Counted from the stretch's first letter, positions 1-13,134 are shown. The stretch is 64,000 nt of DNA from Podarcis pityusensis (GCA_964106645.2 OZ067042.1); one strand, 5' to 3'. The notes: generated from the letters alone by a model not told the origin. Numbers and translations: made by a program.

Positions 1-13
1 CCACTTGCTTATA

Positions 14-261
14 CAGTGGTACCTCGGGTTACATACGCTTCAGGTTACAGACGCTTCAGGTTACAGACTCTGCTAACCCAGAAATAGTACCTCGAGTTAA
101 GAACTTTGCTTCAGGATGAGAACAGAAATTGCGTGGTGGCGGTGGCGCAGCGGCAGCAGCAGGAGGCCCAATTAGCTAAAGTGGTGCTTCAGGTTAAGAA
201 CAGTTTCAGGTTAAGAATGGACCTCCAGAATGAATTAAATTCTTAACCCAAGGTACCACTG
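14..261. mobile_element. Tc1/mariner (pogo/Tigger-like) MITE, copy 1
   Basis: TIRs CAGTGGTACCTCGGGTTA ... TAACCCAAGGTACCACTG, TA on both flanks, no coding capacity; related copies at 12845 and 31732. Confidence 0.9.
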
Positions 262-1866
262 TACTCTGAAACAGCTTTCAACCTTTCCGGCAAAACATGG
301 TCCTGAGGAAGCCACACCAATGCTGTGTTATCTGAGTTTGTTGTCGTTGTTGGCATCCATCCGTCTTGAGAGACAATGGATTGTGCCTCCATGGGTGAAG
401 TCAATTTGCTGTGATAGGGACATCGAGGTGACCTCTCCAGGGCACAAGTCTGCGCAGTATGAAGCAATAACAAAAAAACCCCATGACCCTGGGCACGAAC
501 TAGACTAGAGCCATGACAAGTTCAAGAAACAATTGCTCACGTGACCAGGGAGGATTCTTGCTATTAAGGCAGCATTTCAGAGGGTGCATAATTCTAACCT
601 TGCGGCTAAACTTCTTTGCACCCACTTTGGCTGTGCGATGCCAGAAGTAGACCCAGAGAACACATGTAAGACACCTTACTATATAAAGGAGCTATGCTAG
701 CTAGTGCTTAGGTGCATTGAGCTTGGTCGATGGACATGGGTTTTTCTGCTGTTCAACAGGCACCCAGGTTTGGCAGCACTGCTGAAAGGTTGCATTGTCC
801 TGCCATCTGGTTCCAGTATAAGCAGTTGGGGGTTATAGTACTCTTCTTTTTAATTCCCTTGCCCACATTAGGGTTGAGGGAGCTTAGCATGCATTCTGGA
901 AAGCCTTTGAGGAAGCTGTCATATATCCCATTGACATTCTCTTTCTTTTACAAGGGATGGTGCCATGGAAAATATGGAACTGTAAGTATCTTTTCCTACC
1001 TCCTGTCTATGTTTGGTGTGGAGTTCAAAAGAAAGCCGCCTTAGATGTAGGAAATGACCATGCAATTTAAGTAATGGGAAGGAGGTCCAGTACTGGAGAA
1101 AGGTGCTGAACAAGACCATTTTGGGAAAGGAGCTCTGCCAATTCAAAATATGAAGCTCTCTTGCTTTGGTGTTGGTGGCTGAGACAGAAGATATTTAATG
1201 CTCTGCAGGGTATGCTTTTGGTCTTCTTTGCGCTAAGCTGAGCTTTCTGTTGCATGCTGGCCCCAGCTGCACAGAGGCAGTCCCTGGGGTGCTGGTAAGA
1301 GGAAGTATGGCTGGCATTGTGCACAGAACCCACCAAATCCTATCTGGGCATGAACTGAATCTTAGCTGCAGGGAATGCTTTTACAGTGGGTGGGGGCTAG
1401 GAAAGTATTCATCCCCACTTCCACTACAGGCCAATAAGAGTGATATAGACCAGAGAGATTTCTCCAAGTGTCATTAGTTTTTTTTATAAAATCCTTATTA
1501 GAAACCCCTTTCCACTTCATGCCCTGCCCAACCACCTAGCCTCAAGCTTAGAGCGCTCTTTCTACTTTTCTCCCTTTGCAGATCAAGGCCACCACATATG
1601 TTCAAAATGCCCCGAGCAGAGCTGAGGAACTAGCAGTTACCTTACCAATTACCTTGCCACCTATTGTTCTTGAGCAACACTGAGGATGACACATGAATGT
1701 CTGCAGAACTGCTTTGCTTCTCTTCCCAATGCGGAGCATAAGGATCACCACTCAGAAGCAAATTCTCCCTGGCCAAGTTGGCATATCCTGCGAATGACAC
1801 CATTAGGGGTAGCTGCAAGACATGTTACACAAGAGCAGGCCTAGCTGTGTTCCCAATACATAGCCC

Positions 1867-1869
<3 letters not shown>

Positions 1870-1907
<38 letters not shown>
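1870..1907. repeat. (GT)n microsatellite
   Basis: Perfect GT dinucleotide run. Confidence 0.97.
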
Positions 1908-1908
<1 letters not shown>

Positions 1909-2585
1909 CTGTGTGTTTCTACCCTAAAGACTAGGCTTGCAGTCTCTGCACGATGACATTTCTGCAAAGCCACAATCCTCCCATTGGGACTGTAGCTCCT
2001 TATGCCACACTGTGGCATGTATAAGTATTCTGGAGAGCCTGCCTCTTCTTTGAACACCAGTGCCTTACACAGTTATATGCCACTGAATGATCCTGCTGGC
2101 TTGGGTTGATGGCTGACTGTGCTTGCTTTCTGTCCATAATAATGATGGTGGCTCCAGCGAATGCAATTAATCCACCCAGAAGCAGCAAAACTCTTTCCCT
2201 GTCCCCATCTCTATTTGGGGTTCAGGAATGCCGTCTGATGCAGCTGAATCCAGGATTTTGTGTGACACAGCTAAAATGACTGGTTGGGGAAGCGTTTTGG
2301 CAATTCAATTATGGGCATTACAAGAAGCATCATGCTGAGGAACATGACAATCCTCCCACAAGGAAGTGGGAGCTGACTTCAGTTTTATTGGGACTACTTT
2401 ATTTTTTTAACCCTCTATGGTCTTCTACTGTGTGTTTAAATTTACAAAGCAAAATCGTGTGCTCTAAATCTATTAATAATGAAGGTATAACTGAATTGTG
2501 TACAATGCATTGACAATGCACTCTTATTTAAAAATGCTAAATAGTGCCTTGCTGTCTCAGGGCAATTTCTATCTATCCTTTACAA

Positions 2586-2719
2586 CAGGGGTGAGGATCT
2601 TGTGGCCTTCCAGATGTTGTCTGACTCCAGCTCCCATTAGCCCTAGCGATCATGGCAAATGATAAGGACTTATGGAAGTTGTAGTCCAGCAACATCTGGA
2701 GGGCCATTCTCCATTCCTG
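2586..2719. mobile_element. hAT-type palindromic MITE
   Basis: CAGG...CCTG ends, internal IR TCCAGATGTTG/CAACATCTGGA, 8-bp TSD CTTTACAA/CTTAACAA (1 mismatch). Confidence 0.75.
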
Positions 2720-5700
2720 CTTAACAAGAATCCCAGCAACCAGCAAGTGATAGGTGGTCCCACCTTCTCCCCATCCCTACTCTAGACTGGAAAGAAAGGA
2801 GCAAGTACTGTATAGCAAAAGGAGGCTTAGCTAAAAAACAACAACCAAACAACGCATACTGTATGGTTCTGCTAATCCACATGTGCAGAAAGCACATGTT
2901 GCCTTAGGCCACTCGTCAGCAACCTGTCCTCCAGATGTTTCAGTACCATTGCTGAGGCCAATGGGAAATGCAGTCCTAAACATCTGAAAATCACCAAGTT
3001 AGCAAAGGCTGTTCTAAGTTGGTGGCTAGAACACTTTTTCACATTTCATGTCGTCCCTTGCTATCTCAGGACATGCATTTGTATGTTCCCCTATTGTATG
3101 AACTTCTTCTGCCCCCTCCTTGATTTGCAGTCTTTGGCATTTTATATTTTCCCAAAACAATGAATTTATACAAATGCATTGTGCCAAAAAAAAGTAGGTC
3201 TCACTGCGGACCGAAAACTCTAGTAGAACTGGGAATGGCCTCAGCCTAACTTTCATGCCTTCAATGTAAACTGAGGGTGGAACTAAGGCGAACTTCTGTC
3301 TGTGGAAGGATTTTTCCTTGTGCAACAAGAGTGTTCTCCCACTAAATCTGTTTTAGGGGTTCCCCCAATCCTTGGGAGAAAATTGGGGGGGGGGTGCAGG
3401 ACATGCACGGGGGTAGGGGGGGAAGTCCTGTTTGTGCAAGTGGAGACCGTTCTGCTTGTGAAATAATTTAGTTGAGCATTGCCCATGTGGTAGTAAAGCT
3501 TGTCTCTCATTAATGGGTTACAAGCTTTCAATAAGAAATCCAAGAAGTAATCAGAAACAGCATGTGCCAGATTCCAAGATACATTGTACTACCTCCTTTA
3601 ACAACCACCAGTGGGTTGTACATTCCACCAGAAATGCTGGTCTAAATGTACGTAGAATGTTTATTGCCAAGGTTAGGAGTCTAGGTAGGCTGTATGTTTT
3701 TAAAATTTGGTCTCTGTTATTGTAGTGATGTATTTTCCCAGGTGGAAAGAAGCCTCCCATGCACCCCATTCCTGTTTCTAATAAATTTCAATTTGGATTC
3801 CTGCTGTGGGTAGATAAGCATTATTTACACGCTTGGCTTCTGATCCAGTGGCAGCTCCTTGAAAGTGGCGCGTTGCTCTTGCTGCATTTGGGCTGCTGTC
3901 TGAGAACTTAATCATAGTTCTGAGGTTGGACAAATTCCCTAGTTAATGAGAAGAGTTCTTTTCCTGATGATGCATTTTTATTCAGTATTTTTAAAGATTG
4001 GTACAGAATTACTGTATGAGATCCAGCTGCCTTTTCAGTATGTGTGTTATAGGGCGTCTGCATCATTTTTGTTGCTGGGAAAATGAAATCTCCTCCGAAT
4101 TGCTAGCATATCATTGGCTATACTTGCTATTAAGAACGATGTGGTTATGAGGTCACATCAGGCATATAGTGGCTATTTCCTACAGCATCACTGAGAAGAG
4201 CAGATAGTCCAAATGTCATTTTGTAAACTGTAGGAGGCACTGTATGCCCACTATACTTGATCAGTGAGGGAGGTTTCAAAGCCCTATTAAAGCTAATAAA
4301 AGCCAGCTTCTTATTGGCAGCTGTACCCTCCCTAAACAACACCTATTCTTTAGTACTGCCCTGTACCACCAAAATGCTATAACCCTTCCAACACCATTCT
4401 ATTTAGTATCCATTTCAGTTTTGAGTCTTTTATAACCTCTCATATGGGTCTTCATCTCCTACCTTAAAAACAAACTGGTGTGGCGGTTCCCAATTCATCA
4501 GTGCTATCCTTTAATTCCAATACCAAGGGGCAAGGTATTATGCTATTACTGCTGGATCGAGATATACCAGCACATATGTTCAGCAGGATATTTTTAACCA
4601 TCTGGGAAAAAGACTACATTGCAACAGAACTTACTTCCTGAAATGTTTTACAACCCTCTCAGAAAATGTGGTAGGTGAATTCTGAAGTGTAAGAAAAGCC
4701 TAGCTGGACAAATTTTTTAAATAAAAAATAAATGAGAGAGAGAGATGAGGGTACACTACTGTGTAGCAGCCATACAGCTTGAGGGCTGACATTTGTGTAC
4801 TGATTTGTAAGTGTGCAAATTCCTGGTAAGTGTTGTGTAGGGAGAAGAGGTGCCCAGGAGTCACAATCAAGACTTAAGATGGTTAGAAAGATATGCTAAA
4901 GCAGGTGGGGAACATCTGGCCTGGAGAGCAAAAGATTCCCATACATATGCTGCAGTCATGTAAAACACAAGGAACAAGTATGCCATAAGAAACGGGAAGC
5001 ATTTATCATTGCAACATCACAGTCTGCAAAGTATCCCTAACTGTGCTCACTAGCATGGCAAAGCAGAGAACATATGAAAACTCACAAGAAGGTATAGTTA
5101 ACCTTAGTGGGAAGTAATTCTATATTATTATGTGCAGGATGGGAAATATCTACCATACCGATTCTCTGTGGCATTTCCAAAGTGCAAAAACAGTGGCACT
5201 TCCAATTGCCAAGCTCTACAAGATTTCAAATGAAAATGAAAACGAAAGTCTGTTTGAGTGGTACTAGGTAATCCAGGAATCATGCTGTAAAGCCACAGGA
5301 TCAGAAGTGGGAAATGATTAGCAATCTGGAGTGAAGTATCTACCCCCACTTTTCCTCCCTTGATCTTGCTGTAGTAATAAACCGCTTGAATTGAATGCCA
5401 CAACCCACCCATACCCAAAGTACATGTGATACTACAGTTCTCCGTGTGAGTGAAAGTGCTCTTCTAGCATTTTCTATAATTATCGGATGATCCAGTTGTC
5501 TTTTTATATCATTTCAGTGCAATCAGACTTTCCATTACTTTTGTAAGGTATAAGCCAGGGCTGAAATATTGGAAAATTAAAGTGGTGGAAGAACTTCTGT
5601 AGAGAAACGGCTCCGTGAGAAATAAGGGTCACAAAATCTAGTGCTGCCTTGTTGGACTGGAAGTTGCTCCTCCTGTGCCCATTGACTGGAAGTGATCCAA

Positions 5701-7838
5701 GAGTGGTATTCAACTGAACTTTACTCAGAAATTGATGAACATGACTATGTCAGGCCCAGTAATTTCAATGGGCCTACTCAACTTTGTTGAATACTGCCCT
5801 GCCCATTTCGTGACTCTCTTAAAATGAGCTGGTAGCTGCCGCTGCCAGGTACAGTATCAGACAGTCAGGAAACTGAAGTCTGTCATTGGATCTTTACAAA
5901 TACAAAGAGTGTGTAGAGAGGAGAGCAAATAACTATGAGGTCTTCTAATAGGTAACTCCTGCAAACACTGCTGTTAAATATAATCTTGGGATTCTATTGC
6001 ACTGGATTGGCTAGTGCTCTTTCAGCAGTGGAATACCATCACTCCAATCCATTGTATTCCATCAAAGGAACAGATACAAAGCCAGGACATCCTTTAGGAA
6101 AAGGCACCCCTGGAAGCATAATAATCAGTATTACATGCTGCTGCTTATAAAATCAAGAAAAAAATCCAGACCAAGGAGGCTGCTTGTTCTTTATGTATAA
6201 AGAAACATCACACGCTACTCCCCTCTTGTTATAAAATGAAATCCTATTTCAAGCTGGTTTGCAACCTATTGCTTCTCCCTTCCCTCCTGCACTTGTGTAG
6301 CTCTTGTCAAATCTCTTTACATCTCCCCCCTCCACTTGAAGGGACACTTTTAACCTCTCCTTTGTTGGAGGCAACTGTGAGGGAATCTAAAAGGTAGACT
6401 ATGACCCCCATAACTGCTTTCACAGAAGAAGCTGGGCAGCTGCCAGCACAGCTCTTGTGCTATGAATAAGCAGACAAAAGGTGCATTGATTGCTAGCAGA
6501 ACAGCTTGCCCGCTGCAGCTTTCCTTCCCAGCAATGGTTTGCTTTTTAGTGGAGGGACTTTTTCTGGGTCAGGCTGCAATTTATCTGCTGGGATTGTTCC
6601 CCATTAACAAGTGAGGCCAAGCCTGAATCAACAGAAAAGGCACACACAGCTGGGTGCCCAACAATACATATGCCAGGTACTTCACAGCCACAGATGAGTC
6701 CTCTTCAAGGTTGTTTACCTTTTAATACTGCATACAGCACACAGGATTCAAAAACAAGAATCTCATTAAAAACAGAATAAACTTGCCAAGATTAGCATAA
6801 AAAAATTCTCTGCCAAGTTACTCAGGATGGGCAGGGCAAACACACCATCCAAGGACCATTAAGCGGGCAGTTTCTCTTAATCCTCTGCCTAAGAGGCCCC
6901 ACTGGGCCATCAAAGGGAAGCTTGTGAATCCCAGCACTGTCAAAAACTTTTAAAAAAATTTTTTTAGGTTTTGCAGAGAGGAGGATGTTTGTGCAGCACT
7001 TGGAAAAAGAAAGCCCACTCCTCTTTACAAGAACCGACACATTCCTCTTAAGTTTTCAGGTATGAAGGACAAGGTGATTTACTCTCATCTTATCCTTATA
7101 TATATATTTTTTTTTAATGGCTCCAGGCTGAGGAAGCATATTATGGGTTTCCTGAGAGCCTGAAGAAAACTTGTAAACAGTATTGCAGATGTTGATTAAC
7201 TAGGTTTGGAACAAGTCCTCCATTTGTGCTGGTTTTGGAAGGCAACTCCCAGTAACACAATTATACCTCTGCATGCCAAGTATTGACAAACTGGTCACTG
7301 GTCAGTATTGGTATGGCTTTCCTCATTCTCTGACAGAAGGGGGCAAGATCCAAAGCTGTCCTTGTGTTCTGCTACTTATCCATTTCCCCAGCCCGGGAAA
7401 GGCTAATCTGCAGCACCAAAAAGACGTATTTGCTCTGCACAGGAAAAATCCAGATTGCTGCAGCATCAGGCTTGGGCTGAGGCAGAATACATGTGATCTG
7501 CTTGGAATCCAGGCAGCTCAGTCTCAGGGCAGGGTCCTGTCTTACAAAGGGTCATAAGCCTACAGAAAATTACCCACCCAATTCAACAGGCGTAAATAAT
7601 CCAGACAACTCTGTGAGTAATAAAGCCTTCCACACCCCATTTTTGGCTGGCAAACCCATCCATTGAGTTTGAAAACTGAACTGCATGGTGACTTGCTGCT
7701 TACACTCAATAAGCCAGCTCTCTCCTTTGTACCATATTGGGGAACCTTTGCATTTTAAAAAAAGCAATTTCATAAGGTTTAAAATGTTTTCTCCCACCTG
7801 CAAAAAGAAAAACCCACTCCTGTCTGGAAATGTTAAAA

Positions 7839-7844
7839 TTTATT
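7839..7844 (-). terminator. Putative HPS6 polyadenylation signal AATAAA
   Basis: First canonical AATAAA (TTTATT on +) after the HPS6 stop; U-rich element GGGTTTTTCTTTTTG about 25 nt further 3' on the minus strand; implies a 3'UTR of about 1.05 kb. Confidence 0.55.
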
Positions 7845-8891
7845 CTTCCTGCCCCATCTATGTAAGGTGGCTTCAGTGATGAAAGTCTCATTAGGTGAGA
7901 ATATTCCTCATCCCCAATGGCAGTTATTCTTAGGCAGAATGAAGGAAATGCAAGACACCAACAAGCATTACTGTCTTGCTCCAAGTCCCCATCATTCTTC
8001 CTCTATAATAGAGATACATTTGATTTAAGCCTACAGCCAGCATGGGGTCCCAAACACGAGGCAAGGGCTACACTACTCTGCAAGTGTACAGGACATGCCC
8101 TACTCCAGGGAACTGCAGAGCTCCTTCTATTGACAACCTCCACTTTTCTTTTTTTATAAAAAGCAAAAGATAAAACCACTCTAGGGGACAAAGGTGTGCA
8201 CAGTGGGGCTTCCCCAGTTGCAGGTAAATAATGCATGTTTAAACACATCAGAGGAGTGAGCTGTGGGTTATCAGCCAGAGAAGCAGACAGACATGCTTTC
8301 CGTCAGGGACTTTCCAAAACGCTGGTCTCAGGGGGAAGTAATACTGGTCAGTGAAACTTGGCAACATACAGGATGGCATATTGCCAGGAGCAATCCCTGG
8401 ACTTTAAAAGGTAGCTACTAAAGCATATTGATGGAAGTTCAAGATGCGCATCCTTAAGGTAGTCAAAGCAAGGCAATTCCCCAGTGACACTAAGCTCGCA
8501 TGCAAATACGTCAGATGCATGTAGACTAGCATTTTACCAAAACATAGAGGAAGTTTAACAAAACCCAAGCCCACCAGTATCATTCACAAATGGAAGGGAA
8601 CACACCAGCAGCAGTTCTTCAGCTAGTCTCAACTGTGTGAGCAATAGTGTAGCTCCTATGTGACTTTATCTGCTCTTGTTTAAGGCACCAGAAACACCCA
8701 ACCCTTGCTACAAGAACTGCACTCTTCCAAAAAACCCATTGGCAATGCAATAAACTTTGGGATTTACCTCCCACTCTGGCAGAGGCAGCTTGCTGATGCA
8801 GGGCCTAAGTGGATACACAGGTTGGAGGCTCCTGACCCCCACCAGGCACAATTACTGTGGATGCCCTTTTGCCTGTCCCCACCTCTAAGCT

Positions 8892-11339
8892 TCATACCAC
8901 CTCACGCAATGAGTGGTGTGTGTGATTCTGAAAGGGGGTTAACTCCTCCTGGGCAGCTGCCTTTGGGGTATCTTTCTTTTGCCTGGGTGGGGTTGGTGGT
9001 GGGAAAGATGGACTCTGTAAGACAGCATAGATTTCATCCTGGCCAGGTGGGCCCTGGGCTAGTCTGTGCAACAGGGGCTTCAGCAGGCCAACAGTCAGCT
9101 GGGATGACCCACCTGGGAGAAAGGGAGGAGGATCAAGTTCTGTTGGGGGTAAGTATTGCTGAAGAACGCTCAGGATGTCAGAGGCGCTCAGATTTGTAGG
9201 GCAGAGTTCCCACAGCTTGTCCAAGTAAGGGTCCAGGTCCCTATGCTGGGAGCACTCTCTCAAAAGGATGGTGAAGATCTCTTTGTTCAGCAAAGGGCTT
9301 AGCATGGAGAACTTTTCTGCAGCCTCCATCACACGCTGCCATCTCCCATGCTGGATAAGGAGGTCCATGGCCTGCAGGATGGCTTTGGGCCGCTGGCTGC
9401 ATAGCAGGAGCTCAATCTCCATTTCCCCATCTGCCAGAGAGCCTCTGCTCCTCCTTGGCAGCACAGCCAGTGCCCTTTTGTAGAGGGGAACAGCACCCTC
9501 GGGGCCCTCCTTGTTGCCATAAGTCCAAGAGGCACCCATGTACTCTTGGGATAGCCCCACAAACTGAGGCAGCCACTTGGGCTTGAACTGGTGCAGCGAG
9601 AGACAGACGAGTTCAAAAAGTGGAACCATCCCATTTAGAGGCCCCTCCTCTTGCTTGCTGAAGCCGGGCACTGATCCCCCCAGGATTTTCTTCCACACAT
9701 CTGGAGTAGCTCTGGCAACCAGTACTCCATCCCCGTTTTGTTGCAGCTGCAGGTGGTTTTGGATGGCCTTCCAAGAGGCCCCAGGGAAGGAACTGAAGAT
9801 GGCATTCAGGTAGGCCAGGTTCTCCTTGTTTAAGTCCAAGTGTAGAAGACGACCGAGCTCCTGCTCCACGAGTGCCTCACCATAGCTCTCCACCTCACTT
9901 TCCGAGGCCCCGACCACACACAATTTAAGGAATTCCAGCTTTTGGTAGCTCTGCAGTTCCAGCTGCATTGTGCCCAGCAGTTTGGCGTAAGGCCCTGGGA
10001 GGGCCCTGGGACGTTTATCCTTGGAAGCCAGGCTATAGCACAGGATGGAGGAGAGTGCAATGGGAGCCTGGAACACGTCTCCCTTTTTCAGTTTCTCTAC
10101 GGTGAGCTGAGAGCTGCTGAGGCTCCGCCGCTGATAGTATTTGCAGGCCTCTTCAAAAACCATCTCCACCAGGGTGGGCTCTTCCCTGTCGGTACCAGAG
10201 AAGTCAAGGCTGTAGATGCCATTTGGACCCAGGAGCTGCACTTCCTCCTCCTCAGCATGGAAGTCCAAAAAAAGCACTTCCTCCGTGCTCAGGACTTTCT
10301 TTTCTATCAACTGCCTGCTGCCCAAGTCCACAAGATAAAGAGCCCCTCCAAAGAAGCAGGCAAGGGTGTCCCCAAAAACCTTCAGCTGGACCTGCTCCCC
10401 TGGGGCCAAGGCACTTCCCCCAAAGTCAAAGATGGGTCTCCACACTCCGTCGGGCTGTACCAGCTCCACAGCTCCTGCCGTGCTAACCAGGAGGAGCCCC
10501 CTGCGACCAGAGAGCACACAGCTATGGATATCCAAAGGGTCCATGTTTGCCAAGAGTCCCACACAGCCCAAGAGCAGCTTCTTGAAGTCCACTTCACTGC
10601 CTGGAAGCAAAGCCTTAGTACAAATGCAGCCTTTGGATGGAGCAGCAATGATGATGTCAGCATTTTCGGGACGCCAGATGAGGACAAACTTGGCTACTCC
10701 CTGGAAGGTGGCTGGAGTGGGCAGCAGGAAAACACCAGAGGGTGAGGCGAGCACTCGGTACACAGGGCTGTTGTGCAAGACAATCCTTAAGGGGCTCAGC
10801 TGGGCTCCCTGCTCCCCGATCTGAAGGCGTCTAGTGCAGATGCAGTACCTGAAGGCTCTCCTCTCGGGCGTTAGCTGGGCGTCCAAGGGGGGCCTCTCCT
10901 CACACCACACCAGCTGGGCCCCCCAGCTGCAGATGGAGACAACCCGGGCACGAGCTCCATGGCACAGCTCCAGGCTCTGCAGCAAGTGCCACCCCACTGC
11001 GGGCACAAATCGCCAGAGTTCAGTCTTGCCGTGCTCCCAGATGATCGTCAGCACCCAAGAGACAGCTGTCGCGGGGCTTTCCAGGAAAAGCAGCCCCACC
11101 ACGGGCGGCTGAGGAGGCTGCCAACTCCTCTCCAGGTCAGCCCCGTCGGCGCCCAGGCGCTGGAAGGCCACAACCCGAGCCTGCGAGGTCGGCTGGTTCC
11201 AAAACAGAAGCAGATGCTGCCTGTCCGGGCTGGCTAAGAGGCGGCTGGGAGCCTCGCCCGGGCGGCCCTGCTCCAGCAGCTCTCGCAGGCAGCGGCCGCG
11301 GACGAAGTCGCTCCAGTCCGAGATCTGCCGCAGCTTCAT
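8892..11339 (-). CDS. HPS6: BLOC-2 complex member HPS6 (Hermansky-Pudlak syndrome 6 protein), intronless CDS, 815 aa
   Basis: First in-frame ATG of the long ORF gives MKLRQISDWSDF...SPDRQHLLL...LERSW...LQSLELCHGARARVV...LVWCEER, matching the HPS6 N-terminus; FEEACKYYQRRSL motif; TGA at 8892-8894; single coding exon and adjacency to ARMH3 as in human. Confidence 0.95.
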   Translation of the reverse strand: MKLRQISDWSDFVRGRCLRELLEQGRPGEAPSRLLASPDRQHLLLFWNQPTSQARVVAFQRLGADGADLERSWQPPQPPVVGLLFLESPATAVSWVLTIIWEHGKTELWRFVPAVGWHLLQSLELCHGARARVVSICSWGAQLVWCEERPPLDAQLTPERRAFRYCICTRRLQIGEQGAQLSPLRIVLHNSPVYRVLASPSGVFLLPTPATFQGVAKFVLIWRPENADIIIAAPSKGCICTKALLPGSEVDFKKLLLGCVGLLANMDPLDIHSCVLSGRRGLLLVSTAGAVELVQPDGVWRPIFDFGGSALAPGEQVQLKVFGDTLACFFGGALYLVDLGSRQLIEKKVLSTEEVLFLDFHAEEEEVQLLGPNGIYSLDFSGTDREEPTLVEMVFEEACKYYQRRSLSSSQLTVEKLKKGDVFQAPIALSSILCYSLASKDKRPRALPGPYAKLLGTMQLELQSYQKLEFLKLCVVGASESEVESYGEALVEQELGRLLHLDLNKENLAYLNAIFSSFPGASWKAIQNHLQLQQNGDGVLVARATPDVWKKILGGSVPGFSKQEEGPLNGMVPLFELVCLSLHQFKPKWLPQFVGLSQEYMGASWTYGNKEGPEGAVPLYKRALAVLPRRSRGSLADGEMEIELLLCSQRPKAILQAMDLLIQHGRWQRVMEAAEKFSMLSPLLNKEIFTILLRECSQHRDLDPYLDKLWELCPTNLSASDILSVLQQYLPPTELDPPPFLPGGSSQLTVGLLKPLLHRLAQGPPGQDEIYAVLQSPSFPPPTPPRQKKDTPKAAAQEELTPFQNHTHHSLREVV

Positions 11340-12130
11340 CTCGGGGCGTCCGCCGCGGCTGCCGACCACATGGGGAAGGAGCTCAGCGGGACGCGCCGCG
11401 GCGGGGCGAAGCTGGCGGCGCCTCACCAACGCGCCCTGCCTCTTCGAGCCGGGAGCCTCGCCTCGCCCGGTCTCCCCGCCGACTCTGGCGCCACTATATC
11501 CCCCCTCGACGCCCTTCTTGCTCTCGCCGTGCACTTCCACGTCCTCGAGGAGGGCCCCGCTGCCTGCCTCTGGCGCCTCCCCAGTCCCCTTAACTCTAGT
11601 CCGCCAGCTCCTGCGCGCCCTGCTCCTCTGCTCCTCCGCAGCGGCCAGGTCCTGGCACTCCCGGGCTCCGTCCCTCGTCCTCCTCCCGCTGCCTCGCTTC
11701 TTCCCTTTTTCCTCCCTTCTTCGCGCGTTCTCGAGAGTTGACAGCGGCTCTCCCTTAGGCGCCCCGGGGTCCGCCCCAAGGAGGCCGAGCGCCGCGCCGA
11801 GTGCAGGCAGGTCGACCCGGGCGTTTCTGCAGCGAAGCTCTGGGCGCGCGGGCAGCGAGAACCTCGGCGCCTCTCCCCGTCCAGGTCCGAAAGCAACAGC
11901 GCCCCGCACAATTACTGCAATCACGAGGCCTCTCGTTTCCGGGCGCAGTCGCTTCCGCGGCCGGGCCTCGGCGGCAGAGCCCGAGCTGCCTCCGGCTCTC
12001 TTACTTCCGTCCCTGCCCGATGAGGTTAAAAATCTCACCGCCCCGACTGAGCTGCGGCTCCGGAGTGCAGAAGCAGGCAGAGGAGAGCAGGAGCCCTGCC
12101 GGGCCTGCTTTACAGCTCCGCCCCGCTTTG
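11040..12130 (-). promoter_or_regulatory. CpG island covering the HPS6 promoter/5' end
   Basis: Very GC- and CpG-rich against a CpG-depleted background; ETS-type ACTTCCG at 12003-12009; boundaries approximate. Confidence 0.85.
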
Positions 12131-12844
12131 AAGAGACACGTCATTATCATCAGTAGTTTTCACTTGTATAGCGCTTCATATTTCGACGGAATCTCTAAGC
12201 GGTTTAAGTTTTAGAGGCAGGTCGCAGAGTATTTACTACGAAGGGTGAGAGGACTCAGCAGGCCTTTGGCCCCTCAAAATTACCCGCTTTGCATTACCTG
12301 CAATTCATGTTTACTCCGGTGTAAGTCCCATGGTGCTCAGCGGCGTTTACTTCGTATAACACTGCAATTTACCGTGGAAGTAAATCACAAGCCAGTGGTT
12401 TTTAGCACCGTGTTAACATAGGATTGTTGAAAGCAGCAGAACGCTTCGTTGGGGTTTTCCGACAGGAGACCAGTCCTTGGCTTTATTGAACAGTGCAGTC
12501 ATAGTCCCCCTGCTTGAGTGGGCCTCACAGGAAAGCGGCCTTAGGGTAAAGATGGCAGTCTAAACTTGTAGTAACATGGCGTGCAGTCCACAAACAATTA
12601 CGTTCATGGCCTGAAGTACACAAAAAGCAGCTTCCTAGCCTTGAGAATAAGCCCTACTGAAATAAACTGAATTTTCTTCCAATAGGATCAGGCTGCTTTC
12701 TTAAACTCATTTATAAAACCCCCACCAAAGTTTACTTCAAAAAGAGGTTCAGTCCTGTGCACCCTTTCTAGTACCACTGTGGAACTTATGTTTGAGTAGA
12801 GGTGCATAGGATTGGGGTGCATATGTGTCTTGCCTCAGAGAATA

Positions 12845-13070
12845 CAGTGGTACCTCGGGTTAAGTACTTAATTCGTTCCGAAGGTCCGTACTTAACCTGA
12901 AACTGTTCTTAACCTGAAGCACCACTTTGGTAAATGGGATCTCCTGCTGCCGCCAGGCCGGCAGAGCACGATTTCTGTTCTCATCCTGAAGCAAAGTTCT
13001 TAACCTGAAGCACTTTTTCTGGGTTAGCAGAGTCTGTAACCTGAAGCGTATGTAACCCGAGGTACTACTG
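12845..13070. mobile_element. Tc1/mariner MITE, copy 2 (opposite orientation to copy 1)
   Basis: TA-CAGTGGTACCTCGGGTTA ... TAACCCGAGGTACTACTG-TA. Confidence 0.9.
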
Positions 13071-13134
13071 TATTGTATTCCTGCAACCTTAGTTTTACCT
13101 GCATAGGAGTAGTGGGGAATAGGAAGGATTGGGC

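Noticed and set aside
1-7800. Search for exons of the expected neighbour LDB1 or another gene
   Set aside because: No recognisable coding exon; the short ORFs look random
9942-10824. Antisense ORFs (267 and 152 aa) over HPS6
   Set aside because: Shadow ORFs of a GC-rich coding strand with no recognisable domain
11340-12038. 233-codon N-terminal extension of HPS6 (1048-aa ORF call)
   Set aside because: Begins at GTG, has no in-frame ATG, is low-complexity R/G/A-rich and lies in a stop-poor CpG island; HPS6 similarity starts at MKLRQ (11339). A non-AUG extension is not formally excluded.
11370-12214. Several 120-210 aa ORFs in the CpG island
   Set aside because: Expected from high GC content; compositionally biased, no motifs
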